The notes: generated by a model not told the origin, from the sequence alone. A stretch of DNA of 64,000 bases from Bugula neritina (GCA_964035545.1 OZ037766.1:2170001-2234000), one strand, 5' to 3'; shown: positions 15,301 to 28,913, numbered from the stretch's first letter. A program made the numbers and translations.

Positions 15301-16050
15301 TTTTTTCAAAGCTGTGTTAGTGGTAATATGGAATTATAAAACAGACCTTTGCACTTTATTTGAAGTCTCTACAGCAAACAGAGTTTACGATATTGGCATT
15401 TAAAAATTTCTGCGGGTTTCAAACATTTTATTTCGATGCTTTAAGAAACTTGCCTTTAAAATTGGCAAGTCTAAAATAACTTATGAATTATTTTTTTACA
15501 AATGTCAAGCTTTGCCAATGAGCTTTTGTGTAATAGGAATATAGTGTTAGTAAATCAAACCAAGATAAAGTAAATTGAAATGTATTATATGTACAGAGTT
15601 TTCAACTCAACATAATATTATACTGAAAACTTCATTACATACAGAATTGTAGATGACTAGCTTTGACGTATTATTTGTCATAACTTAGTTTTTATAAGTT
15701 GGCCATACGTGTAAATTGTATCATGAGTTGTGTGGTACACCTTCAAGACGTTCAGCCTAAACTTAAATTTTTACAGAGTAGCCTTGCATTGTAAAAGCCA
15801 TTCATTAAAGCTATAACCAAAGCTATAAGTGAGGCCCATAAAAGTTGAACTTGATGCTATGCATGTAAAATATATAACTGTAGTACAATCAGGTGTTTAA
15901 ATAATAAATAATCTTGCAATGATGTGTGGGATCGACACTAAAAAATTAGACAATGAAAAGAATCACAATTTTTCAACAAAAATACACTTGGAGCTTAGAA
16001 ACCTATTAGAATAATTATATTTATGTTGCAAAAAAATTTGCTTAAATTTC

Positions 16051-19000
16051 TCATCTTAGCATTGCACCAAACACCTTTTCAACTATATATAGATATATTG
16101 ATCTCGGAGTTGTCTGCCCAGTGAGATTATTACTAGGTGTAGACAATTCCGAGTTTGAAGAGGCAATCATCACATCTGTACTAGTATGTGAAAATTGGCT
16201 TTCAGGAGAGTTGGCTAAAGTAGAGTTACGCTCAATTGGATTTAAGCTCTCGTGGCTCAAGTCTGTCTCTGTAGTTGTTTGCCAAGGAAAAATATTTTCG
16301 TTGGCAGTAATGTTTTCATGATTGATCATAGTTGTAGTTGTGTTCTCTTGAGCACTGGGTGCATCTTGAGTTGTGTTTGTAATATAATCAAATGGTGGGT
16401 TTAGAGTTGTATCACTAACAATAGAGTGTGTTGTGTTACTGATACTTTGGTTGTTCTCGTCACTTCCAGTTCTAGCAACCGACAGGTTGGCACGACTCCC
16501 ACTACTAACTAGTATTCTGTGTAAACTGCTGCCATTCCTGACATTAGACTGACCTTCTGTATTCAGCTGTGAGTTGTCTAGCCTTGTCTGTCCATCTACA
16601 GCAAAAGTACTGCAATTTTTTCACTAAATAACAATTAAAATATATTCACACATTGTATCCAGATATTTTGAGCAATAAGATTTTCAGTAGATAGGTAGGT
16701 AGGTAGGTAGGTGGGTTATAGGTAGGTAGGTAGGTAGGTAAGTAGGTAGGTAGGTAAGTAGATGAGTAGGTAGGTAGGTAGGATAGGTAGATAGGTAGGT
16801 AGGTAAATAGGTAAGTAGGTAGGTAGGTAGGTTATAGGTAGGTAGGTTATAGGTAGGTAGGTTATAGGTAGGTAGGTGGGTAGGTAGGTGGGTTATAGGT
16901 AGGTAGGTAAGTAGGAAAGTAGGTAAATAGGTAGGTAGATAAGGAGGTAGGTAGGTAGGTAGGATAGGTAGATAGGTAGGTAGGTAAATAGGTAAGTAGG
17001 TAGGTAGGTAGGTTATAGGTAGGTAGGTTATAGGTAGGTAGGTTATAGGTAGGTAGGTAGGTGGGTAGGTAGGTGGGTTATAGGTAGGTAGGTAGGTAGG
17101 TAAGTAGGTTATAGGTAGGTAGGTAAGTAGGTAGATCGGTAAGTACTTGGAATTAGTCATATGAACATATAGAAACAAAAGTTACCATTTGCTGCAAGAA
17201 GCAGGCCATTGTGCTGACAGTCTTCGGGAATATCGATGTAGTTGCTGACGTTGATGTAATGTCCAAAGGAGTTCTGCAGTGTTAGCGTGAGACCTCTATT
17301 CTTCCCCGGGTGCCGTATCCAACGCCTCATCTGACTGAGAATGTTTATTGTCAAATTATAGCTTCGTGTAGATTCCAACTTCCTGTACGCAATGATGCTT
17401 GCTTTTCTTGCTCCTTGAAAAGTGGTATTATTTAATCATGTCCACAGTGAGTGCATTGAATGCAAAAATTTGTTTTTTTTAAAGTATACTCACAATAATT
17501 GAATTAAAAAGTTTCTTAAATAAAGAATAGCTTGCACATGCCAATATCATTTACTACTGAAACTTTTATTATGACTTTAGAATGAAGATCGAGCATTTTT
17601 TGGTGAATAACTTTAATTTAGTAGTTTGACATATATATAAACATCAACAGATGTTCAGAGAGAAGTTTCAATTATTATACATGTGTACATAATGTTACAT
17701 TAAATTATTTATTTTTTATACTAAAAGTGTTATTATAGTTATAGCGTAATTAAGTTTTAAGAACTTAATTACGCTATAACTATCTTTATAATTACCTAAA
17801 ACCGAAGCATTAATTCTTTTACATACTTGAAAAATAAGTTAACTTATTATTAAACTTTTTTCTTTAACTAAATTTAGACCTAATTTTTTAAATCCTTGTT
17901 CAATATATTATTTTAAGGAAAAGCCTAATAAAAAAAATATCAGTCCAGCTAACAACTGCCAGTTTCAAGCTTTACAAATCATAATAAATGACCCAATATT
18001 ACCTGCAAATCTTTTATTCTGAGAGAGAAAAAGCAGCAAGTTTTCAGTCTCCATATCACTAGGGTCATCACCTGCAAAAGTATCCAGGGTCAAGTTGCAA
18101 AGAAATAACAAAGGATTATTGTTGCTTAGCTACTGTAAACAGAGCAGTGCAGTTGTTCCAGTTTTATAGCAAAAAAGGGTTATATATCCAAGAAGTTGCA
18201 TTTAGTTTTTATTAGCTAGGGAAGGCAGTACAAATATTGCACATTTTATTTTGGCAGAGCAGATTGGTTTGATACATTGAAACGAGGGCATCAAAACAAA
18301 CAAAGACAGTCCAACATGATAGGACTGCGCTGGCTGTAATTTATGCTGAAAACAAAGCACCAAAACTAACATTTCTAACCATACTTGCAGTTTTTTTAAA
18401 GAAAACAAAATAATATCTGACCCTTGAACTGAATAATGAGATTAGCCGAAAGTAGACCGGCTAAATACGTGTCATCTAAACTCTCTTGTGAAAAGAAAAC
18501 GGAGTATGATAGTTTTTCTTTCACCCAGGGTTGCATTTTACCAGGACGACCTACAAAATATTTGTGTTGTAAAAGTTCACTGAAGTCATTGCTCTGTTGG
18601 TTCACTTGTTCATTAGCCTCAGTACCATAAAAATCTGCTACTCTCAGGTGAGTGAAATGGTCAGGTGGTAGTGTTAGTGCATCTGTAAACTTGTAACTTA
18701 ATTTCATGCTTGTGTGTAATCAAGTTTAAAGTTAACCATTATATATTTCATAGTTGAAATATATTGCAATAAAAAGAGAAATTTCAATGCATTTATCCAT
18801 TGTAAAGTGCGCCTTTTTTAGGTTATAGTTTACAGTACATGTATGCTATTGCAGTATGTACAGTACATGTATGCTATTCCAGCACGTACAGTACATCTGT
18901 ACTATCACATACTGATTGTTATACACGTAATTTGATATTTGCATACAAACCAACAGTTAAAATTACATTATTATTGGCCAGTCCCTTTGAAACCGTACAG

Positions 19001-22000
19001 TTTTTAACCCTAGCAACATTTTTTGTTGAAAAAATAGGTAAAATAATCTTTCTAGTTAAAATAACTTATTACTATATCCATAATTTTTGATTTTATACAA
19101 TTTTGCAGAACTCTAAGCCTACTTTAGTGAAAAAACCTTAGTAAACCTCTATTAAAATATTCAAATAAAAATCATTTAGATATATTATATTACTATATAT
19201 TACAAATCATTTTTAGTTTTGATAGTGATGTTTATAAATAACTTCTTAAGATTTTGCAAGTTTTAAAGTTTACAATTATGAATGTAGAGTTAACTTACAA
19301 TCTACGTAGATAACCCGTTCCGTAGTTGGACCCTCAAACGGGGCCGTTTCCTCTGGCAGATTGCCAGAATCAATGGCCGTCTCATCAGAAGACAACTTTC
19401 TGTAGGAAACACCTCTGTAGTTACCACCATTTCCTCCCAGCTCTGTCAACTCTCTCAGTATGCTCAGCTGACCTCTGACCTCTCCATATCTAGTCTGCAC
19501 TAACCTATAAAGATATATACAACTATTAAGTAAAGGTCATTGTATTGTTTACAGCTGGACAATTAAAAAATATAATTGATGATTAAAATTTTCACATGGA
19601 GATGACTTAACAACAACAGAATTCATTTCTACACTAAAGGCTACAAGCTTTTGTTTAAATGAATTTTTTGTTTAAAGATCTTTTATGCTACGCATAAAAC
19701 GTTTTCATAGAAACTCATCAATTTTATTATTTGTAATCATGTGATAAAACTATACAATTTAGCAGTATTATGCACTCAGTGATGGTGAAATTCAGATGGA
19801 GCAGTAAAGCTTATATTAAAGATATTTTGTTAGCTTAGTTCTCAATAAAAATAAAATATTAACAAAATCTAGACTCTAGAGTATGCTTATTTACAAAATA
19901 AATATTAAACAATTAATGAAATATGCTACTTTTTTACGAAACAGTTGTTTAGGTTGGCAAATGTTGAATGACAGAGAGAGAAGGACAACCACTTTTTGAA
20001 TAATAATAAAACCCAGCTTCAGTAAAATCATACTTCAACTGGTGAGCCGAATTATTGACTCTAGAAGCTGATCCAATACAAGCCATAAGTTATGATGTAA
20101 TATTGTAAAAAAGTATTAAAGATAGACCTCCAGGGTCGTCCTTGAACTTATAAATGACCTTGCCAAGATGTGAATACAGGCAGTTGACAGACGTATGCGC
20201 CTATTTAACAACCTATGCTAGAAAAATTTTCCAGTAACTTTAAAGCAGGCAATAAAAAGTAACAGAATAAAAGAAATATTTGAATACATGTTTTGAAATG
20301 GTAATTTATCTTGCCATAGAATCAGCAGAAGCTTCAAAATTAGCACTTATTGCCTCAGTACTCAATAATAATATGTTGTAAATTCTAGTTTGCAGATATA
20401 CTGAAAATGTAATTTGTAACTATAATATGCAAAATAGAATTTAAAAATTTAAATTCACAAAATATTTTTGTTTCAGTTTATGTAATTGTGTGCTAAAACT
20501 TTTAGTATGTTGATCTTTTAACATTATTACATGTTGGTGATAGAAATTGCTAATGTTTTTGTGTGTTTAAGGCAGAACTAGGGTTTTAATGCTATGACAA
20601 AATAATACACAAAAAACTCAACTAAATTAGTAAATCATAAAAAATGCTAATTTTGTTACATATTGTTTTTGTTTTTTAAACTGTTGTAATGTACATACGG
20701 CAGTTTATACATTCTAAAATAAGTTGTTAAATTTAAATGTTATTATTTAAGTGAACACTTCAGAAGGCAGTTGAGGTTTAGTAGCTGGGACACTGACTTA
20801 GTAAGAGCCAGGTCGCGGGTTTGAATCCCGGCACCACCATTGCTGATGTCAGGAAGAGCATCCAGTAATTCTTGTAATTACGAACACTGGGCACCATCAG
20901 AGGTTCACTTAGAGTGAAGATTCATAAATAAATGTGTGATGTTATTGGCATGAACATACTTTGTTGCATCAACGAAAACTGTCCAATTATTGTCCTTTGT
21001 AAGTAAGAAATGTTCAACGAACCCGGACATTATATAGCCTAGCAACAGCATAGCTATATATCGTTTGGCTAACTTATCTGATGTTAAAGCTTGCACAATT
21101 TTTTTCTAGCAAAATGCATGACACTATACTGTAAAAGGAAACGTTATTAAGTGTAAATTGCTGTAAATCATCTATTATTGTGATTTTCCTATCACAACAT
21201 ACATTTTACTTTTACAGTTGGTGAAATAAGTAAATGTAGGCTACAGAGTGTTAACTGTGGATACCAGACTCCTACCACATAAACAGGCGAGTGCAGGTGA
21301 GTGCAGTGAAGCATGACACATGCCATTGATGTCACGTTATTACAGAAGAACTCTGTAAACAGAGATGGCAGAAAAAAGCAGGCAGATGTAAATAATGATT
21401 GATTCTGTTTGTTGTTTTGCAAGGCTTATAATTCTTATGTTATTCTCTTCAACATGAATATAGTTCTAATTGGCTCATTCAGGTATTTTCATCTACACCA
21501 TGTACTAAGTTAGCGTAAACAATACTATAAATAAATCTAACAGTAAAATAATCAACTATAGGAAGACATAAGCAGACTACCTGTTTCTAACTTCTACGCT
21601 TTGATTTTTATACATTAGTCTTGATTTTGGGTTTGAGGCTACTTGAGTTTGGAAGTGACTCTTTCATGTGTCATTTATTCAGAAAGAAATCAAACTGTGA
21701 ATGTAGCATAGCCTCCAAAAATCATTCTAAAAGCCTTTTTAAATGTAAAATGATCATTTTGTTTTCCCCCATGGGCCTAATATAATATACATGTTTTATA
21801 TAATAGTATAAAGTTTCATGCTATACTGTTTACTATGTATTATATAGTACTATAAAGTTGCATGCTATACTGTATAATATGTATTATATGGTAGCATAAA
21901 GTTGCATGCTATACTGTATAATATGTATTAATATATAATAGCATAAAGTTGCATGCTATACTGTATAATATGTATTATAAAATAACATAAAGTTGCAAGC

Positions 22001-22748
22001 TGTACATTACTTGGTTTGGAAGTTGTCTGCCCTCACCTTGCATGATCCAGCTGCGGGAAGTACGCTCCTCCTTCCGTATCCGCTGAGAGGTTTCTAAGTC
22101 TAAGCTGCTCGGCTAGAAACTCATCCAGCAATCTGATTTGTGGTTTGTACAAGGTGGGCGAGCCATTGGAGGAGAAAGTAGGAAACACTAAACCGATTGC
22201 GGGTGGGGGAGTGGACGACCCACCCATGGTGAGATTAGTGTCGAGATTGTCCAGTCTTTCTGGTCCACCGGTAGAGTTGAGAGGTGAAATATTAGGGACA
22301 AGATTATTAGAGAAATCAGCATATCCTGTAAAGTAGATAAAAATATCCGATTGTTTTTAAAATATGAAAAACTAAATAAGAAGTTCTACAGAAAACTTCA
22401 CACGTACCAATACAGATACTGTTTTAAAAAGTTTGATAGTGAAATAAACCAAAAAGAAACTGTAAAAACACTTTAAAAGTCGTTTACAAGGCATGCGGTC
22501 CAAAATCAAGTGAGATGACATATTATATTACCTAAAGTACTTGATTGATTTCCCTCATCAACTACAATATCATCTTCAAAAGGAGTTGAAGTCATGTTGT
22601 CCGTTTCCATGGTTACAGGCTCTACAGAGCTTACAGTTTCTCCACTTCTGTTGTTACTGATAGTAGAAGTATTGCTGGTCAAATCCTCTCTACAGCTGCC
22701 TGGCACCATAAAGGCAGCAAACAGGCACAAGAATGTCGGAGAAAACAT
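16051..22748 (-). CDS. Secreted ~604-aa protein with a TGF-beta-propeptide-like domain and Ser/Thr-rich regions; exons 22748-22532, 22325-22037, 19504-19299, 18682-18422, 18071-18003, 17413-17186, 16595-16051
   Basis: Signal peptide MFSPTFLCLFAAFMVPGSC; exon phases chain 1,2,1,1,1,1 (1815 nt). Prodomain-like segments occur in the expected order: QIRLLDEFLAEQLRL, VFFSQESL..LLSANLIIQFK, ENLLLFLSQ, IIAYRKL, INILSQMRRWIRHPGKNRGLTLTLQNSFG. The 3' end is uncertain (alternative donor after 16075). Confidence 0.65.
16686..17145. repeat. (AGGT)n tetranucleotide microsatellite with a ~181-bp higher-order duplication
   Basis: Seen directly; the variant block ggataggtagataggtaggtaggtaaataggtaagt recurs at about 16781 and 16962. 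It fills most of an intron, and ORF 16684..17178 is an artefact. Confidence 0.95.
17735..17783. repeat. Perfect 22-bp inverted repeat with a 5-nt loop
   Basis: atagttatagcgtaattaagtt-ttaag-aacttaattacgctataactat; the arms are exact reverse complements. Confidence 0.95.
20764..20905 (+). mobile_element. tRNA-derived SINE copy with a Pol III B box and a Meta/MESC-like core
   Basis: tRNA-like head with B box ggtttgaatcc (20818-20828), followed by gatgtcaggaagagcatccagt, which is shared with the copies at 12.2 kb and 62.4 kb. Confidence 0.75.
21805..22005. repeat. ~44-bp minisatellite (ataaagttgcatgctatactgtataatatgtatta...), about 4.5 copies
   Basis: Seen directly. Confidence 0.9.
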
Positions 22749-23509
22749 GATTTGACAATGTTGTTTCACCAGGTAATAAGCGTGGCATCACGATATCTCT
22801 ACCTTTTATACGTGTTATGCCAAGAACATGTATGACCACGTCACACATGACCAATAGGTTGGAGTATGATGAAAAATCCAAGAAACAGAGTTTCAGTTAA
22901 GCTTCGAAACTAAGTATATAACACATTCTCTCGTGAAAATATCATTTATAATAATAAGCATCGTACATTTTAAACTATGAATATATATTATATGCAATTC
23001 GTGACGTAGACCTAAAAGTTTCATAATAAGATATTTTGTCAACATCTCTTCCAAAACAAATTTGAAACAACTTCTGCAGCCTATCTTTCTAAAGACTTGT
23101 CTTCCAATAAATGAATCTTGTTACAATGTAGATGTTGTTACAATGTAGAGTTATTTTTATCTACAGGAAAGCCTAGATGCTATATCATCCTCATTACTGT
23201 TTTACTGAAGATGCTTATTACAACAAAGGGTTTAATTACTCTTCAGACACCATGCAAAGTTCATTCCAGCCCACATTCTTCTAGGGGGTTGTATATATCA
23301 CCTGCCCACATTACTGCCAAATATAACACTCCAGTTCTTTTTACTGGCCATTGCAAACATCTTCAAGTATATACTAGTTGCTAGCCCTTTGGTCATTTGC
23401 ATGTCACCGTCAGCTGGTTTATATCACATTATTACATACTTGTGTCTGTATTGAGGTAATTCCTGTATAAATACAATTTGTGCTTAGCTTAATAAACAAT
23501 AACTGCAAC

Positions 23510-24062
23510 ATAGCATACAAAAAGCAAAACGAAGTATACAGTAACCAACGTAGTATACAGTAACTACAACATAGTATACAGTAACTACAACATAGTATAC
23601 AGTAACTACAACATGCATAGCATACAGTAACTACAACATAGTATACAGTAACTACAACATGCATAGCATACAGTAACTACAACACAGTATACAGTAACTA
23701 CAACATGCATAGCATACAGTAACTACAACATAGTATACAGTAACTACAACATAGTATACAGTAACTACAACATGCATAGCATACAGTAACTACAACATAG
23801 CGTAGTATAGAGTAACTACAACATAGTATGGCATACAGTGACAACAACATAGTATACAGTAACTACAACATAGTATACAGTAACTACAACATAGTATACA
23901 GTAACTACAACTTACATAGCATACAGTAACTACAACATAGTGTAGCATACAATGACTACAACATAGCATAGTGTAGCATACAGTAACTGCAACATAGTGT
24001 AGTATAGAGTAACTAAAACATAGTATGGCATACAGTGACTACAACATGGTACACAGTAACTA
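23510..24062. repeat. 21-bp minisatellite (catagtatacagtaactacaa) with longer variant units
   Basis: Seen directly, more than 20 copies. ORF 23419..23664 is an artefact. Confidence 0.95.
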
Positions 24063-26792
24063 TTAGATAATTCACCAGGATGATTAGGAATTGAGAATCT
24101 TTCTTAATTACCTTTTTAAATACCAACTTTATAGTCTGAAAACATGAAAATAGTGAGTAGAACACTTGATAACCAAGTAATTGTGTGAAACTTAATTATT
24201 TTACAGCTGATGTATTGCTTATAACATAATACAGTGCTATAAAATATTTTATATAATATTCTATTATATATATACAATATGTATTTTTGTTGGTTTAATT
24301 TTACAATATATTCAGTTTAGGTTTTAAACTCAATTGTTTTCTTTCATAGCTAGACAACGATGGAGCTCTGCTAAAAGCATTAAAGATGTGATTCTTCATC
24401 CCATCTTCTAACTGAAGTACTTCTGTACAGAAACTAAGATTTACTGCTGCCACTTAGCTTTATGATTATCGGTTGACCTAAATAATATCATCATATTACT
24501 GCATATATTTAATCTATTAGAGAGAACATTGAACTTCAGTTTTATTACAACATTTTTTGGGTTTTAATTGTAGATTGATAATCTTTAAACCAACTATAGG
24601 AGGAAAACAAGTCATTACACTACACACATATGCACAGTGAGATTGCAAACGTAGGTATCGAGATTGATATTCAAGTAAGACTAGACCATGTGATCATCTG
24701 GAAAATGGGTGGTTATTCCCAACAGTTATTTTAGATTCATTTGCTAAGAAGTAGAGCACTTTTTCTACAGCTTGTAACAACACAAACCAGACAGCGACCG
24801 AGAAAATGTTAAAATGAAAACAGCAGTTGAGGTGAATACCCTCATTAGGTTATACTAAGGAGAATTCAGAGGGTAAATAACTCCACATTTATTCAATAGC
24901 CATACAAACTACCACAATAGCCAGACGCTTGTATATAATATAAAATGATCTTGAGATGTTGAGTCAAGACATCTGATGATAGAACGTCTGATAATACAGA
25001 GCTGAAGGACATCTGCTACACCATACCGATAAGATCCAAACCGCTTTGATACTCCCATTGGCTTACTTTGTCTTACAGTACTTTAAGAATAGCTACGAGT
25101 TATTTAGAAAATCTAGCTGGCAATTATTACCAAACCATAGGCTGTTGCAGTGTCTGACAGCACCCAGTCACTAGCTTCTGTGACCGGAATGGGAGGCAAC
25201 TCCTAATAACTCAGATGCCTCTGCGAAGGGTTTACGAGCAACTAAATCACTGTTCCTACGAACAAGGCAAGATGGAGAACAGAGTAGTGCAGTTAGACTG
25301 AGCGTTCACAGGAACTATCAAATCTATACTCTACTCCATTACAAGAGTCACATATAAATCGACAAAAGGGATCATTAAACATCTTCTTAGGAAACCAGTG
25401 TACTATTGAAGCTGGCAAATAGCCAACTAAATATTAATAAGATAGGAATCAATTTGTTGTATTATAATTAGTGAAGAGTATGCAGTAAATATTTACTACA
25501 AGTGCACATTATTACGGTACCTAGTGAGTTTCTCTGACGTCATTAGTACCAGTGCCACTATCTAATCAACAGATAAGTACATTTTTTATGAAAATGTTGA
25601 TGCCACAGCAAGCTTGAAGCTATATTTCGATAGATTTTCATTATTTGTAAAATTAAATGTTTCCCTAGTATTTAGTTGAGATCAAAATCGATTCACTCAT
25701 TCTGAAGACGCTATCTCATCCGAAAAGAACAAGCTGATGACGTACAATCGCGAGACTGTATTAGTATTACAAATACCCAAGTAGCTTTAGTAGTATTTCG
25801 TTAGTCTACTTGAAGTTAATTTATATAACCTCCATTCAATGTTGCCAAGTTGTGCAACAAACCTTTCCATGTTTTTAAATTTGATGACGGTATTTTCAAC
25901 GATTAAGAAACAACACAAAAACGCTTCTGTGTTGACATTCCTCTTTGTCTATCCACGCTCATGTTTTTATTGGATATTTCACTCGTTTTTTGTTGGCACA
26001 AAAAAGTAAAAAAAATTGCACCCTGCCATTTTCTGCTGAATAAAAAGTTAGCGATTACCAAAAAAGTGCCAGACTACATTTATCATAAGAAATTGGTATA
26101 TTTAGAACCTTGTAAGACAGGTAGGTAAGAGCTGGCGCCTCTTTGGTATGGACACAAGTACAAACATGTCAAACACACATGCTCCGACACTCGCACAAAC
26201 AAAGAGATGAGATGAAAGTGCAGCAACTTCCTTTACGTGCAGACCAGAGTAGCTTCTCGAAATACACTCCGTTCGATTACAAAATATTCCAGGGATTTAC
26301 ACGAGACAATATGATGTCTGAATATCTTGTAGAATACAGACTGTAGCTTGCATTCACAGACAGCAGACAGAATTTATATTGTCAATACAGCATTACACGA
26401 GTTTAAAATAGCAGAATTATATTTTTGTGTATTTTAGCAGAAAAGACGTAAAGTTCTAGAATTTATGCCTAACTAACATCATTACAGTTACTTGAGCTTG
26501 ACACCAGCTAACTAAATTTCATTACAAAAAAACCAATAGTCCATCTTACTTTATTACTTTGTGATAAAAAACCTGACAGCAAGACCAATGAGTCGCATTG
26601 TAAAAGAAACAAATGGAATAATTGCCGTGAGAATCTCAGAAACATCATAAAGTCCATATAAAATAAGGAGAACATTTTGTTTGGTAATATAAACTTGAAA
26701 TACTTGCTGAACCAGTAACCAATGCTCTTATCATATTTAAAGTCTCTCCAGAATATACTTTCATATTACTAGTACCAACAGGTTGGGAGTTG

Positions 26793-28575
26793 TCAGTCTG
26801 CGACCATGTCCTCAACACCCCAGGCCTCTTCAAATGCAGTGCATAGTTTAGTACAGGTGAGGGCGGCAGAGAGAGGATAATTACTAATAGATAGATGCTC
26901 TTCAGTATAATCTGGGTCAATCTACAGACACAACAACACCATTATATATGACACCAGAGGAGTATATTATACTCCTTATATTATCAACTTACTAGTATTT
27001 TATATGACATCAGAGGGATATATTATACTCCTTATATTATCAACTTACTAGTATTTTATATGACATCAGAGGGGTATATATTGGAATAAAAGAAGCCTCA
27101 TTACCACCTTTGTCCTACCAATTAAAACTGTTGAACTATTCAACAACTGATCTTTCACTTTCAATAATAAAGACTTGAATAAGAAACAAAAAATTCAATG
27201 ACTAGAGTGAACATAGTATTTTGGAGTTGTGTTCCTCTGTGAGGAACACAACTCTATTCATGATTGTCAAGCAGGTTGGCAATCAACAGCTTACAGTATA
27301 TACTATATATTACAAACTAGACATACTGACCGAGCCGGTTGCTATAGCGCCCACAACAATAACAATGGGCGTGTCACCGGCAGGCACCAGTTCCGATGGT
27401 TTGACACATCTGTCAGCGTTGAAGGTCATACAGAGCTTCCTACAGCCCGTAGGTAAATGGTCTGTCACCGGGTTCTTTATCAACTACAATAATCAGAACA
27501 CCTTCTCTATCTGAGTAGAATCGGGATAAAATCTAGGTCGGGTGGGGCAGCAAGAAGACATGATGAATACTCTTCACATACAAGGTCTATACATAACATT
27601 CATTTGTTTTCAATTTTTGTTGACTGATAAAGCAGGAAGTAGTTTCACTTAAGACCGATTAGCCAGTAAAAAGACGTCAAAATGCTGTGTTACTAAAATA
27701 TCAACATACTTCAACTAGGAGAGTTGACGTGCCGCAGCAAGTTATTGTAGCAACACACTAAGTAATAGAGATGCAACTAATTCTAGTTCTAAGCCCATAA
27801 AATGATCTCAGAAGTAGAGATTTTGTATCAAGAGGAAAGTCAAGAAGATTCGCCAAATTGTCTAGTAAAAGGGGAGGGACAGATGGAGAGGAGACAAATC
27901 TAACTTTTACTGGTAGTTATGGACTAACAGACACATGCAAAAATCTCAACAATAAAGCGCTTACCTTCAACAGCTTCTTATTGGGTGCATCAGACGCCGC
28001 TATACTCAACTTAAACAGCAGCTGGACTAAAACAATAAAATAGACATAGCTACATTGAAATAGAACCAGAATGAAGTCTACATTAGAGCATCGTGCATCA
28101 GGAAAATAGAGTAGAATGTAGAATAATATAAATTGTAATACAAATCAATATTTAAGTTAAACTTAGCTGTGCCTGTGAAGATTTTTAAAAAACCAGTAAG
28201 AATTGAAAACTTAATTTCTACAATTGAGTTATTGACTTTGTCGGTCTTTCACAAATACCAAAGAAACAGCAACTATTAGTATAATCTCATAATTTAACAT
28301 TTATCAAAGACAATTACAGAGGTAGACATTGGTTAGAATCATATCAAACAGCCAATGACAAACAGTGTTACATACCCATGAGACCACAAAACCTCTCAAA
28401 GGTTCTGGGTATGCGAGTTTGAGGACTGATTTCTATCAACTGGTTGTTTGCAGTGTGTATGTAGACTTGAAGGAGACCAGCTCTGTTTAGTGGGCTGTCC
28501 ATCAACATCAGTAGACACTGTGGCATGAGTATATGTAATACATACAGTAGCAGTAGCAGTAGCAGTAGCAGTAGC

Positions 28576-28613
<38 letters not shown>

Positions 28614-28837
28614 TAGTAGTACTAGTAGTAGTAGTAGCAGCAGTAGTAGTAGTAGTAGTAGAAGTAGTAGTAGTATTAGTAGTAGTAGTAGTAGTAGTAG
28701 TAGCAGCAGCAGCAGTAGTAGTAGTAGTAGTAGTAGCAGCAGCAGCAGTAGTAGTAGTAGTAGTAGTAGTTGTGGTAGTAGTAGTAGTAGTAGTAGTAAT
28801 AGTGGTAGTAGTAGTAGTAGTAGTAGTAGTAGCAGTA

Positions 28838-28913
<76 letters not shown>

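Noticed and set aside
18202-18408. 68-aa minus-strand ORF as an extra exon of the prodomain gene
   Set aside because: Exon 18682-18422 joins 18071 directly in phase and gives a better prodomain spacing.
19470-19504. LVQTRYGEVRG resembles a carboxylesterase or neuroligin N-terminus
   Set aside because: No GIPYA, EDCL or GxSxG motif follows, and the surrounding exons fit a TGF-beta prodomain better.
20764-20836. Possible tRNA gene
   Set aside because: A B box is present, but I cannot fold a convincing cloverleaf and it runs into a SINE core.
23510-24062. Regular repeats that might be taken for a CRISPR array (also 51837-52105)
   Set aside because: Units are head-to-tail with no unique spacers, the context is eukaryotic, and there are no cas genes.
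23118-26700. Short ORFs and exon-like segments between the prodomain gene and EMG1
   Set aside because: No phase-consistent exon chain or recognisable protein; probably intergenic or UTR.
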